NCBI GenBank assembly: GCA_040770465.1 | Contig: JAXGJB010000004.1 | Location: 32,001 to 96,000 of the forward strand | Length of the DNA stretch: 64,000 nucleotides | Source: Methanothrix sp. | GTDB taxonomy: Archaea > Halobacteriota > Methanosarcinia > Methanotrichales > Methanotrichaceae | Direction: 5' to 3' | Shown here: piece after piece, positions 50,829 to 60,610 of the stretch | Layout of the letters: each line of letters starts with the position of its first letter | Numbering within the stretch: the stretch's first letter is position 1 | Program-made: the position numbers and the translations under genes | Notes under the pieces: model-generated | Told to the model about the DNA's origin: nothing | The model's input: only the letters and a program-made list of their open reading frames with translations | Database searches by the model: none

Positions 50829-51308
50829 CTATCCCATCCCTTCAGAGACGAGAGATCTCAGGGTCTCCAGGACCGTCTCCACGTGCCCCTTCACCCGAAC
50901 CTTCTTCCAGATCCGGGCGATCTTGCCCTGGGGATCGATTATGACCGTGCTCCTCAAGACTCCCTGATATTCCTTGCCGTACATCTTCTTCGTCCCCCAG
51001 GCGCCGTAGGCCTCCAGCACCCGGTGCTCCGGGTCGCTCAAGAGGGCAACTTCAAGGTCGTGCTTCTCCCTGAACTTCCTGTGGCTCGCGGCGGAATCTG
51101 GGCTCACCCCCAAAACCTCGGCCCCAAGATCCATGAAATCCTTCAGGCTGCCAGTGAAGTCCTTCGCCTCCTGGGTACAACCAGAGGTGTTATCCTTCGG
51201 ATAGAAGTACAGCACAACCCATCTTCCAGAGAGCTCTTCGGAGCAGACCTCTTTGCCATCCTGGTCCAAAAGACAGAACGTCGGCGCAGCATCTCCCGCT
51301 TCCATCAT
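50829..51308 (-). CDS. bcp: Thioredoxin-dependent peroxiredoxin (BCP)
   Basis: LYFYPKDNTSGCT.EA, GVSPD, LLSD, RST.IID. Confidence 0.9.
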   Translation of the reverse strand: MMEAGDAAPTFCLLDQDGKEVCSEELSGRWVVLYFYPKDNTSGCTQEAKDFTGSLKDFMDLGAEVLGVSPDSAASHRKFREKHDLEVALLSDPEHRVLEAYGAWGTKKMYGKEYQGVLRSTVIIDPQGKIARIWKKVRVKGHVETVLETLRSLVSEGMG

Positions 51309-51527
51309 CTTTCCCTCTCCCATCTCTTCAACTCCTGATCGTTTAGTCAGCTTGAAACCTATTCTGCTCATACATGTTACCTTTTCTCTCCATCCCTCAA
51401 GCTCTTCGTCCTTGATATGTTTCTACGAGTTCCCATGCCGCCCCAATTTACACCTCGATGTTCCAATAGAATTCCTTCAAGATGCCTCAACAAATTTAAA
51501 TAGAATTCCATCGCTTCATCTCAGCGG

Positions 51528-52391
51528 ATGTACGAACCTATCCTCCTCCAGATGGGACCCGAATCTCTCCTGAGCAACATATGGGTGATCTTCTTTCTGA
51601 TCCTCTTCCTCGTCCCCATGGCCCAGAGAAGGTACCTGGAGCAGAGCCGAAGGCGTCTCCTGGTCAAGATGGGGAAGAGGAGGAAGTCTGTGGTGGTGAC
51701 CCTGATACACCGGCAGGAGATCTTGAGCTTTCTTGGGATACCTCTCGCGAGGTACATCGACATCGACGACAGCGAGCAGGTTCTAAGGGCCATAAGAAAC
51801 ACCCCCAAGGACGTTCCCATCGACCTGATCCTCCACACGCCCGGGGGGCTCGCCCTCGCCGCGACCCAGATCGCCCTGGCGTTGAAGGCTCACCCGGCGA
51901 GAAAGACGGTCATCATCCCCCATTATGCCATGAGCGGAGGGACCCTCATCGCCCTCGCCGTCGACGAGATCATCATGGACCCCCACGCCGCCCTGGGGCC
52001 CGTCGACCCCCAGCTCGGAGACCAGACCGGCTCCTACCCAGCCACGTCCCTGGTGAAGCTGATGGAGAAGAAGAAGATCGACGAGGTGGACGACAAGACG
52101 ATAGTCCTAGCCGACCAGGCAGAGAAGGCCCTGAGCCAGATGGACGGCCTGGTGAAGACGATCCTGGACGGCAAGTGCGACGGGGAGAAGGTGGGCGTGA
52201 TCATCGAGGAGTTCGTCTCCGGGAAGTACACCCACGACCATCCCTTCCTGGCAGACGACGCGAAGAGGCTCCTGGGGGAATGTGTCAACACCGACGTCCC
52301 AGCCGAGGTCTACGATCTGATGAAGCTCTATCGGATGGAGGTTGCGCGGCGGAGGCCCGGTGTCGAGTACGTCCCGGTGACGGGGAAGTAG
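51528..52391 (+). CDS. SDH/DUF114 family Clp-fold serine protease
   Basis: TLIHRQE, LHTPGG, AMSGGTLIAL, LGPVDPQ, THDHP. Confidence 0.9.
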   Translation: MYEPILLQMGPESLLSNIWVIFFLILFLVPMAQRRYLEQSRRRLLVKMGKRRKSVVVTLIHRQEILSFLGIPLARYIDIDDSEQVLRAIRNTPKDVPIDLILHTPGGLALAATQIALALKAHPARKTVIIPHYAMSGGTLIALAVDEIIMDPHAALGPVDPQLGDQTGSYPATSLVKLMEKKKIDEVDDKTIVLADQAEKALSQMDGLVKTILDGKCDGEKVGVIIEEFVSGKYTHDHPFLADDAKRLLGECVNTDVPAEVYDLMKLYRMEVARRRPGVEYVPVTGK

Positions 52392-52445
52392 CGGCAGCAG
52401 TTTTTCAGGCAGTTCTATGGTCGGGTCGGAGTATCCCGCTCCGCG

Positions 52446-53159
52446 TCAGTATCCCGACCCGCCGATGGTGACCGGCTCGTGGGTTTGGCCGAGGGGGACG
52501 GCCGCCTGGACGGAGCCCGACAGGACTGATCCGTAACAGCTTCCCGACCTCACCTCGCCCCAGGAGTCGTAGGCGAGGTAGCTACCAGATACCGAACTGC
52601 CGAAGACGTCAAGGTCCAGCCTGTGGAGGACGTTCTCGTCCAGAAAGATCAGGTCGAGGCTCACGCTCTGGCCGTTGACAAGGCCGCTCGCGCCGATGGT
52701 CAGATACCGGGCCTGGGCGGCCTGGTCCACGGGAGCCGGGTCCTGGTTGAGCCACCAGACCATCGACCTTATCCCCTCGTCCCTCGTCGGCCTCGGCTCC
52801 GTCTCGACGGAAAGGAAGCTTGTGGCGGTCGCAGCGCTCTCGCCGGTGCTGCCACTGCCGAAGATCACCTCGCCGATCTGGCGGATCTCAAGCTCCACGG
52901 ACTCGGACCTCCCGGTGGCGGCGTCCGTCAGAACGAGGCTCCACGTCCCGGCGACGATGGCTGGAGTGAGCTGGGAAGAAGGCGGTGCGGATCCTACGGA
53001 CGATGTCGATCCAGCGCCCGTATCGAGAGCGGATATGGTCGATCCCTCCTGCCCCTCCCGGCACGACCCTGCAGCGGAGAGGAGGAAAAGGGCCAGAAAC
53101 GCGGCTGTTAACCAATTTGATCTCATCTTCAATAACCCCCTTTCCATTTTCGACTTCAA
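52446..53159 (-). CDS. Exported hypothetical protein
   Basis: Signal-like N-terminus, GTWSL.L, Q.G.VIFG.G; beta-rich. Confidence 0.65.
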   Translation of the reverse strand: MKSKMERGLLKMRSNWLTAAFLALFLLSAAGSCREGQEGSTISALDTGAGSTSSVGSAPPSSQLTPAIVAGTWSLVLTDAATGRSESVELEIRQIGEVIFGSGSTGESAATATSFLSVETEPRPTRDEGIRSMVWWLNQDPAPVDQAAQARYLTIGASGLVNGQSVSLDLIFLDENVLHRLDLDVFGSSVSGSYLAYDSWGEVRSGSCYGSVLSGSVQAAVPLGQTHEPVTIGGSGY

Positions 53160-53307
53160 AGGTTAAAAATTTAGCCGCACCTCGACGATCTACTAAGCCA
53201 AAATTCGGCCGTTAGATTACAGCCCTGAAGCTCCCAAGGAGATGTTTTCGTCCACTTGCAGAAGGAAAACGGCCTGTTCGTGAAGAAGGCGTTCTGCGTT
53301 ATGATAT

Positions 53308-54558
53308 CTAACTGGTTGCTGCAGGTGCAATGTATCTCTCCGGAACCTGCATAACATACGGCTTTGTGGATATCATAAGCCACAGCGCCCCACAGACGAG
53401 GCCGACTATGGCGTTCATCATCCCCAGGACCAGGATGGGGTTGGTCCAGTTCAGGGAGATTATGGTCATGCCGACGCTCCCCATGAGGATGCCAAAGCAG
53501 CTCATGAGAGCCGCCGCAGATCCCGTGTCCCCCCTCTGCTGCTCCAGCATCAGGTTTGTGGCGGGGGTTCGCAGGCAGCTCGCGGAGATCGTCGCCGGGA
53601 TGAGCGCCAGGGCAAAAAACCAGGGCTGATGGCCTCCAAAAGACGATATCAATAGACCGCTCGCCGTTATGCTTGCGAAGGAGGCGACGATGATCGACCT
53701 CCGCCGGCGTCTCCTGGAGATCCGCATGTAAATCATCGGGCCGGAGATCATTCCCAGGGCGTTGGCTGCGAAGTAGTAGCTGTAGACCTGGGGGCTGAGC
53801 CCGAAGCCGTTTATGTAGATGTAGGATGATGCGGCAATAAACGCCATCGCGGATATGCTCGGTAGCGAGAACAGAATGAGCAACGAGGCGAAACCGGGGT
53901 TCTTTGCCACCTTGAAGATCCGGCCCAGGGACTGAAAGATCGAGCCGGTGTTTCGATGATCGATCGTCTCCTCCAGAGCCAGGCCTCCCAAAAGAGCCAA
54001 CAGGCCGATGAGGGCGAGAGTCCAGAAGACACCCCTCCAGGAGACGAACTTCAGAAGGAGCGCCCCGAGGACCGGGGCTGCGACCGGCGATATCAAAACC
54101 ATCGACTGGACCATGGCCAGGATCGGCTCCCGGCTCTTGCTGTCGAAGACGTCCTTGATCATGGCGGTGGCCACGGCGAAGGCGCCGCTCCCGCCGATCG
54201 CCTGGAGGATCCGGAAGGCTATCAGCTGGTCGATCTCTGCAGAGGCCGCACAGCCGAGACTTGCCGCGGTGTATATCGCAAGCCCGGCCATCAGAACGGG
54301 CCTGCGGCCGCATTTGTCGCTGAGAGGCCCCCAGAGGAGCATGCCCCCGGCGAAGAATACGAAGAAGAGGATCAGGGTCAGGTTCGCGAGGTCAGCAGAG
54401 ACGTCGAAGTAGAGGGCCATCCCCGGAAGGGCGGGAAGGTAGAGGTCTGTCGAGAGGGGGACGAAGGCGCTGAGAAAGGCGATGAGGGCGACGAGCCCCC
54501 TATCTCCCAGGTACTTCTGTCTCCTGGCAGAGGTGTGGGAGGGCGCAGTCACGGTCAC
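53308..54558 (-). CDS. Bcr/CflA family multidrug MFS transporter
   Basis: TDLYLPALP, GPLSD..GRRPV, FR.LQA.G; 12 TM. Confidence 0.9.
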   Translation of the reverse strand: MTVTAPSHTSARRQKYLGDRGLVALIAFLSAFVPLSTDLYLPALPGMALYFDVSADLANLTLILFFVFFAGGMLLWGPLSDKCGRRPVLMAGLAIYTAASLGCAASAEIDQLIAFRILQAIGGSGAFAVATAMIKDVFDSKSREPILAMVQSMVLISPVAAPVLGALLLKFVSWRGVFWTLALIGLLALLGGLALEETIDHRNTGSIFQSLGRIFKVAKNPGFASLLILFSLPSISAMAFIAASSYIYINGFGLSPQVYSYYFAANALGMISGPMIYMRISRRRRRRSIIVASFASITASGLLISSFGGHQPWFFALALIPATISASCLRTPATNLMLEQQRGDTGSAAALMSCFGILMGSVGMTIISLNWTNPILVLGMMNAIVGLVCGALWLMISTKPYVMQVPERYIAPAATS

Positions 54559-55075
54559 GTCATTTCATCTCCGATCCATCTTCTTGCAACTTTCGGCTCG
54601 CCCCCAAATATGCGATAATATGCGATGACAGTGGCCGTCCTCTCATTTTATAAAGCTGGCGAAGAGGGGCTGGCCTCATTCAAGATAGGCGTTGAATGAG
54701 TTCCGCCGAATATGATCAGGCGGATGCGTCTTTCGACGTCGTCGATTTCGCTTCTGAGCGGAGGGCGGCGATGAAGTTGCAACCCTGCAAAGATGCTCCG
54801 CGTTTTAGCCTTGCTGGCCGCCCCGGTCTTCGCCCCTCTAAACCCGAATCAGCCCTCGACCCCTCAGGATCTGCACCAGGTGTGGCACGTCCTGGACGAG
54901 GGGGTGAGGCGGAGCAACACGCCCATAATTCTGGCAAGGCTTTCGCCGCCAAACCGGGTGGCCCCTCAATCGGCTCTATCCCCTCGAGCTGAGAGATTTA
55001 GGAGAAAAGTCGGTGCTTGGGGCTGCAGGATACGATATCAAAACCAGAGCCTGAACATGAATTAAAACGGCCCAT

Positions 55076-57475
55076 TCAGTCTGAGGCGATGGCCTCGACG
55101 GGATCGAGGTTTGACGCCCTGATGGCGGGGTAGAGCCCCGCAAGGAGGTTCAGGGCCAGGGCGAACAGGACCGAGTAGACGACCAGCTCCGGCCGCAAGG
55201 AGAAGGTGAGGGCGACGCCGCCAAAGCCGGAGGGGCCGTAAGCCGCGATGAGCCTTCCCGCCAATAAGCCGACGATCGATCCCAGCAGACCTCCCGGGAC
55301 GGCGAGGAGGAGGTTCTCCAGGATGAAGATCTTCAGGATCGATCCTCTATCGGCGCCCATTGCCATGAGGATTCCGATCTCCCGGGTCCTCCGGCTTATG
55401 ATCATGATGGTGGTGTTTGCTATAACGAAGCCGGAGATGGCAAGGATCATGGAGTAGAAGATGAGGTTTATCCGAGACTGGGTCCCGACGAACCTTGCGA
55501 TCTCCCGGCTGTACTCCTGCCACGAGCTGGTCTCGCGGCGGAGGCTCTGTCTGAGGGCGGCGGCGGCCGCTGGCGCCTCCTCGAAGTCGGAGAGCCTAAC
55601 CCCGATCTCGGAGACGACGTCCCCCTCCCCCACCAGGTCCTGAGCCGTCTCCAGTTGGAGGTAGACGAGGCTGTAGTCCTTGACCGTCCCCTTCTCGACG
55701 AGCCCCGCCACCTTGAGCCTGACCACCCTATCCTTCAAGACCAGGTCGAAGCTCTCCCCCGGCCGGATCTCCAGGTTCTCGGCGAGCTTCGACCCTATGA
55801 AGGCCGAGCGCGGCCTATACTTCAGCTCCGAGAAGTCTCCGGAGAGAATCGAGTCCTGGACGTTCATGAGAATGTCTTCGGAGCCGGGATCGACGCCGAC
55901 GAACTCCACCCCCTCGACGTTCTCCCTGTAACTTGCGGCCCCCTGGCCGACGAGCCTTGCCGAGACGGCGACGACGCCGGGATATTCCCAGACGCGGTCG
56001 GATAAGGTCCTGTAGAGGTGGAGGTACTCCTCGTCCTCTTTCGGCTCGATGTAGAGGTGAGGGTTCTTCTCGATGGTGCTGGCCACGATCTCGGTTCGCA
56101 CGCCAGAGGTGAGGCCAAGAGACATTATGATCACCCCCACCGCCACCCCCACCGAGAGGAGGGTGAAGGCGGTACCCCTCCTGTTTGAGACTATGTGCCT
56201 CGTCGCAAGAGCCGTCTCAAACCCGAGGGAGATGCAGCGGCAGACAAATCGCTCCTCGAAGAAGGTCGGCCGCCAGATCGTCCGCCTCCGCCAGGCGACC
56301 TCTGCGCCCTTGAGAGCCTCGACGGGGTCGAGGTTTGAGGCCCGGACGGCGGGATAGGCTCCGGCGAGGACGCTGAGGCCGAGGGCCAGGAGGACGTAGG
56401 TGGGAAAGTCCCAGGGGTTGATCACCAGGGGGATGGAGCTGAGGTCTCTTCCGCCGGCGGTTATCTCGAACCTGAAGCTTCCGAGGGCGAGGATTCCGAG
56501 GAGTCCCAGGACGGAGCCGAGGAGGCCGCCAAGAAGCCCCAGAATCCCGCTCTCGAAGATGAAGATCTTGAGGAGGCTCGATTGGTCGGCTCCCAGGGCG
56601 AGGAGCATTCCCATCTCCCGGACCTTCTCCAGGACCAGCATGTTCATGATGGCGGCGATCCCGAAGGCGGCGATGATCATCACAAAGAAGATGGACAGGC
56701 TCCTCCAGAAGCCTCCTACGCTGATCGACCGGACGATCTCGGGGTTTGTCTCCTGCCAGCTCATGGCGTCGCGGCCGAGGTCGTCGACGGCGGCGGCGAC
56801 CCTCTCCGCATCGTCGATATCGAAGAGCCGCAGCTCAATGGAGTTCACCACGTCCCCCTCGTCGAGGAAGTCTCGTGCGGTCTTGAGGGAGACGTAGGCG
56901 AAGCTCTCGTCGAGGGGCGTCCCGGTATCGAAGATCCCCACCAGCTCCAGGTCCGTCGTTTTGGCTCGAGGGAAGGTCGCCTCCACCCGGTCGCCGACCA
57001 AAAGGCCGAGGTCGTCGGCCAGCTTGAACCCCATCACCACGTTTTTTCCGTCCAGGATGTCGAAGAACTCGCCCTCGACCATCGATTCGCTGATCTTGTA
57101 GATGGCGTCCTCGTCGGCGGGGTCGACGCCCCGGAGGAGGGCGTTTCGGTTCTTGTCCTTGAAAGAGACCGTCGCCTGGGTGGATAGGGTCGCAGAGACC
57201 GACCTGACCCCTTCGATGGCGGCGACCTTCTCCAGAAGGCCGCGATAGAGGTGGATGTACTTCTCGTCCCCCGAAGGCATGATCCGGACGTGGGGGAGCT
57301 TCTCCTCGACGATGTCGGTCAGAAGCTCCTGGGAGCCGTTTCCAAGGGAGGTGAAGATGAGGGATATGGAGACGGCGAAGGCAACGGCTGTCACCGATAG
57401 AAGGGTCTGGCGCCTGTGTGACGTGACGTGCTTTGCGGCGACGAAGAAATCGAAGCGGGACGCTATTGGGGACAA
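55076..57475 (-). CDS. Tandem-fused MacB/LolE (FtsX-like) ABC permease, 799 aa
   Basis: Two complete units, each with RE.G.L.A.GA and ending YPA.RASNLDPVEA. Confidence 0.85.
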   Translation of the reverse strand: MSPIASRFDFFVAAKHVTSHRRQTLLSVTAVAFAVSISLIFTSLGNGSQELLTDIVEEKLPHVRIMPSGDEKYIHLYRGLLEKVAAIEGVRSVSATLSTQATVSFKDKNRNALLRGVDPADEDAIYKISESMVEGEFFDILDGKNVVMGFKLADDLGLLVGDRVEATFPRAKTTDLELVGIFDTGTPLDESFAYVSLKTARDFLDEGDVVNSIELRLFDIDDAERVAAAVDDLGRDAMSWQETNPEIVRSISVGGFWRSLSIFFVMIIAAFGIAAIMNMLVLEKVREMGMLLALGADQSSLLKIFIFESGILGLLGGLLGSVLGLLGILALGSFRFEITAGGRDLSSIPLVINPWDFPTYVLLALGLSVLAGAYPAVRASNLDPVEALKGAEVAWRRRTIWRPTFFEERFVCRCISLGFETALATRHIVSNRRGTAFTLLSVGVAVGVIIMSLGLTSGVRTEIVASTIEKNPHLYIEPKEDEEYLHLYRTLSDRVWEYPGVVAVSARLVGQGAASYRENVEGVEFVGVDPGSEDILMNVQDSILSGDFSELKYRPRSAFIGSKLAENLEIRPGESFDLVLKDRVVRLKVAGLVEKGTVKDYSLVYLQLETAQDLVGEGDVVSEIGVRLSDFEEAPAAAAALRQSLRRETSSWQEYSREIARFVGTQSRINLIFYSMILAISGFVIANTTIMIISRRTREIGILMAMGADRGSILKIFILENLLLAVPGGLLGSIVGLLAGRLIAAYGPSGFGGVALTFSLRPELVVYSVLFALALNLLAGLYPAIRASNLDPVEAIASD

Positions 57476-57945
57476 AGCAGGTTATATTTTGGCCTTGAAA
57501 GTTTATAGCCGTTCTCTCCAGAGCCAGGTATTTCTGCAAACCCGAGGACCGGGTGGACCGGCTGAAGGAGATCATGCCGGTGGTCTTGGGGGGGTGGTGA
57601 GGCGGGCGATCGCCCGGGCGGCGCGTCGTGGGCCGGGGGCGTGATTTGGAGTGATGGGGTTCACGCTTGGATAATCAGCAGCATTGGGGAACTGGGGCGG
57701 TATTTTAGACTTTGAATCGATAGAAGGATTTCTGGGAGATAATATCGTTCTAAGGTCTCTCAGAGGTAGGTAGTGAGCGGAAAGTTCCAGATCCCAGATA
57801 GGGGAAGGACAGAGAACTCTATTAGAGTTGCTTCACGGATCTCTTGTCCGTCCCTGAAATCCTCTAGGGGGAAACAATTTAATGATAGGAAATCAACGTA
57901 ACTACTGAGGGTGAATAGCAGGACGTCAATAAAAGGGAATATCTA

Positions 57946-57964
57946 AAGCCGTTGACTGCGGCTT
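57946..57964. terminator. Hairpin aagccg-ttgactg-cggctt, possible terminator or RNA structure
   Basis: 6-bp perfect stem directly after a small minus-strand reading frame. Confidence 0.35.
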
Positions 57965-58429
57965 CAGATACCGAAAAACTTGGATAATACTGCGACGAGT
58001 TGTGCAAGATCGGCAAGTATGGACAGTATGGCCCTGCCCTTACCTGTTATCCTTTTTGGCGTCCATTTTCACCTCCTACGAACGCCTACTATCGGACCAA
58101 AAGTAGTTAACACCTTTGGCCCAAACAATATAAAGTTATATTTTAAGTGTACAAATTCTAACCACATGTTATTTTTCAAAACATTTCTTTCTATTTAAAA
58201 TTACAAAAAATAGCCGATAATAAGGGGTCTTGAACCCCTATAAACACAGAATTAGGGAAGATAGTGCATCATGAAGGTACACATCGGATTATTGGAAAAT
58301 AGCAGCTCTTTCCGTCAATCGCGAATAGGGATTATAATTTATTCAATTTATCAGAATTATTAATGTAGACTATGCCTGACTTCCAGCCCGCCGACAACTA
58401 CATGCCCTTTGACCCCCCGAAAATAGAGC

Positions 58430-58960
58430 ATGGTCCATGTCGAAGTTACAAAGCAGGACGTGAGAGCCCTCTCCGCCGAGGTGAGAAACCTCCCAGGGGC
58501 ACTATTCGGCGGGAGCGGACCCCTCCTCCGCCCTTTCCTCCCGAGGCTCGAAGAGCTCCTCCCGCCCGAAAAGAGGGGCAGGGGGGACAACTACGTCTCA
58601 TCCACCCTCAAGGCCCACGTCGACGCCGTCGAGGCCGACGAGGACCACCTCCGGGTCGAGAGCGAAGGAAGGGCGGTCGAGATCACCAGGGCCGAGCTTG
58701 AGACGATCCTCGAAGAGAAGTTTCCGACCTTCGACCACCAGAACCTCAACCTCCCGGGCCTTCTCTTCCTCCAGTCCGGCCCGGTCCTCCAGGCCTGCAC
58801 CCTCCAGCAGCTCGCGCGAGACCACGGGGTGAGGGTGCCGGGCGGACGGCGGACCCTCCGATACGTCTTCCACACCACCGTCGTCTCCATCGGCGCCGAC
58901 CGGGACGGCATTCGGATCGAGTTCGACCTCGACCGCCTGCCAAATTTATCTGGGAACTAA
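58430..58960 (+). CDS. Hypothetical protein with internal two-fold repeat
   Basis: 176-aa ORF with host-like codon use; LPGALF..SGP.L and LPGLLF..SGP.L. Confidence 0.7.
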   Translation: MVHVEVTKQDVRALSAEVRNLPGALFGGSGPLLRPFLPRLEELLPPEKRGRGDNYVSSTLKAHVDAVEADEDHLRVESEGRAVEITRAELETILEEKFPTFDHQNLNLPGLLFLQSGPVLQACTLQQLARDHGVRVPGGRRTLRYVFHTTVVSIGADRDGIRIEFDLDRLPNLSGN

Positions 58961-60132
58961 ACTATCAGGTGCCGCAGCTTCAATAGCAGCTTCGGGTTCT
59001 GCCGGACCAGGACCTTCAAAAGACCCTTCAGATCCAGTTCTGCGACGTTGACCCCGTCCAGGGAGTGGATCAGACTGTTCAGGTCATCGTCGGTGAGGTC
59101 GACGAAGAACTCCTTCACCCCGAAGTTCCTGGTGATCGACTTTCCGATCGTCTCCCGCCACCTCTTCTCGTAGACCGAGAGAGCTTTCCTGTCGAGCTCC
59201 CCTTTTGGGACCAGATCGGCGGCGATCTCGCCCGCCATCACCCCCGCCCTCATCCCGTTGATGATCCCGCCGCCGGTGATGGGGTCAGACTGCCTCGCGG
59301 CGTCCCCCACCAGGATCACGCCGTCGGCGACCGTCGCCTCGATGGGTCCGGAGACGGGAACCCCGCCCGCCATCATCTCCAGGACCTTCCCGTCGGGGAA
59401 GTTGGTTTTCATGAACTTTCTCAGAAGCCTGATGGGGGTCCCGGAGTCCGCCTTCGAGCCCAGGACGCCGATCCCGACGTTGGCGAGAGAGTGGCCCTTG
59501 GGGAATGACCATACGTACCCGCCGGGGGCGATCTCGTTTCCGAGGTAAAACTCGCAGTAATCGTCATCGATTCCGTCGTCCTGGACGAGAAACTGGGCGC
59601 AGGTCTCGATGTCCTTCGGCTTGAGGGCGGTGTCGATCCCAGCCCATCGGCCGACCTTCGACTCGACCCCGTCGGCGCCGATGACCAGCGGCGCCTCGAT
59701 CTTCAGGTTCTCGCCGACGAACGCGGCGCTGACCCCAGCTGGGACGCCCTTCTCCCAGAGGAGGCCGAGAGCCCTCGTCTTCACCATAACCTTCGCTCCG
59801 GCCTCGGCGGCCCGCTGGGCGAGGGCCCGGTCGAAGACCTTCCTCTCCAGGACGTAGCCCACCTCCGCCCCGGCCCTGTCCTCGGAGATGACGATCTCGG
59901 TCCCGTCGGGAGCCCGGATCCTCGCCCCCTTCACATCGGCGGATATCCAGGATGGGTCGGGCTCCACCAGCTTCTTGAGGGCGGCCTTGCTGACACCCTC
60001 GGCGCACCGGACGGGGTCGCCGATCTCCTGCCTCTTCTCCAGCATGACGACGTCGAGCCCCGCCTCGGCCGCGACCTTCGCCGTCATCGACCCGGCTGGC
60101 CCCGCCCCCACCACCACAAGGTCGCACTTCAT
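58957..60132 (-). CDS. Digeranylgeranylglycerophospholipid reductase (geranylgeranyl reductase family)
   Basis: DLVVVGAGPAGS, EIG.PVRCAEG, GADG.ES, PGGY.W.FP, GDAA...P.TGGGI; start MKCD at 60132. Confidence 0.9.
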   Translation of the reverse strand: MKCDLVVVGAGPAGSMTAKVAAEAGLDVVMLEKRQEIGDPVRCAEGVSKAALKKLVEPDPSWISADVKGARIRAPDGTEIVISEDRAGAEVGYVLERKVFDRALAQRAAEAGAKVMVKTRALGLLWEKGVPAGVSAAFVGENLKIEAPLVIGADGVESKVGRWAGIDTALKPKDIETCAQFLVQDDGIDDDYCEFYLGNEIAPGGYVWSFPKGHSLANVGIGVLGSKADSGTPIRLLRKFMKTNFPDGKVLEMMAGGVPVSGPIEATVADGVILVGDAARQSDPITGGGIINGMRAGVMAGEIAADLVPKGELDRKALSVYEKRWRETIGKSITRNFGVKEFFVDLTDDDLNSLIHSLDGVNVAELDLKGLLKVLVRQNPKLLLKLRHLIV

Positions 60133-60317
60133 GTCTCTGCCTCCGCCTCTTTTACCAGCTCCAGAGCGCCCAGGGGACAGATCTTGGTGCACCTGCCACA
60201 GCTGGTGCAGTCGTCGCTCACCTCGATCCAGGTCTCCACCAGCTCCAGGGCGGCGGCGGGGCAGACCCCCACGCAGGCCCCGCAGTAACCACACTTGTAT
60301 CGATTGACTGAAAGCAT
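60129..60317 (-). CDS. 2x[4Fe-4S] ferredoxin, partner of geranylgeranyl reductase
   Basis: CGYCGACVGVCP and CTSCGRCTKICP; ATGA overlap with the reductase. Confidence 0.9.
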   Translation of the reverse strand: MLSVNRYKCGYCGACVGVCPAAALELVETWIEVSDDCTSCGRCTKICPLGALELVKEAEAET

Positions 60318-60331
60318 CGGACCATCCCTCC

Positions 60332-60610
60332 TCAATAGACCACCTTGAACTCGTCGATCTCCTGGCACCGGACCTCGGATATATCCATGCCGGAGACCAG
60401 GGCCCGGGCGGGTCCCGTCTTCATCTGGGCGAGCAGCTCCCCCACCTTCTTCCTCTCTCCCTGGAGGAGGGCTTCCACCCCTCCCCCCGGAAGGTTCTGG
60501 ACCCAGCCCTTGACCCCCAGCTCTGCGGCTTGGGTCCTGGTGAAGCTTCTGTAGCCCACGCCCTGGACTCTGCCGGATACCCGGACCCTGACGCATATCA
60601 TGGGGATCAC
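60332..60610 (-). CDS. acyP: Acylphosphatase
   Basis: SGRVQGVGYR, GWV.N, GP..A.V. Confidence 0.9.
   Translation of the reverse strand: MIPMICVRVRVSGRVQGVGYRSFTRTQAAELGVKGWVQNLPGGGVEALLQGERKKVGELLAQMKTGPARALVSGMDISEVRCQEIDEFKVVY

Noticed and set aside
57980-58198. 72-aa plus-strand ORF in the AT-rich gap
   Set aside because: TTG start without RBS and atypical composition; expression signals point to the opposite strand
58223-58239. aggggtcttgaacccct hairpin resembling a tRNA T-arm on the minus strand
   Set aside because: No acceptor stem, D arm or anticodon arm nearby, and no integrase; not called as tRNA or att site
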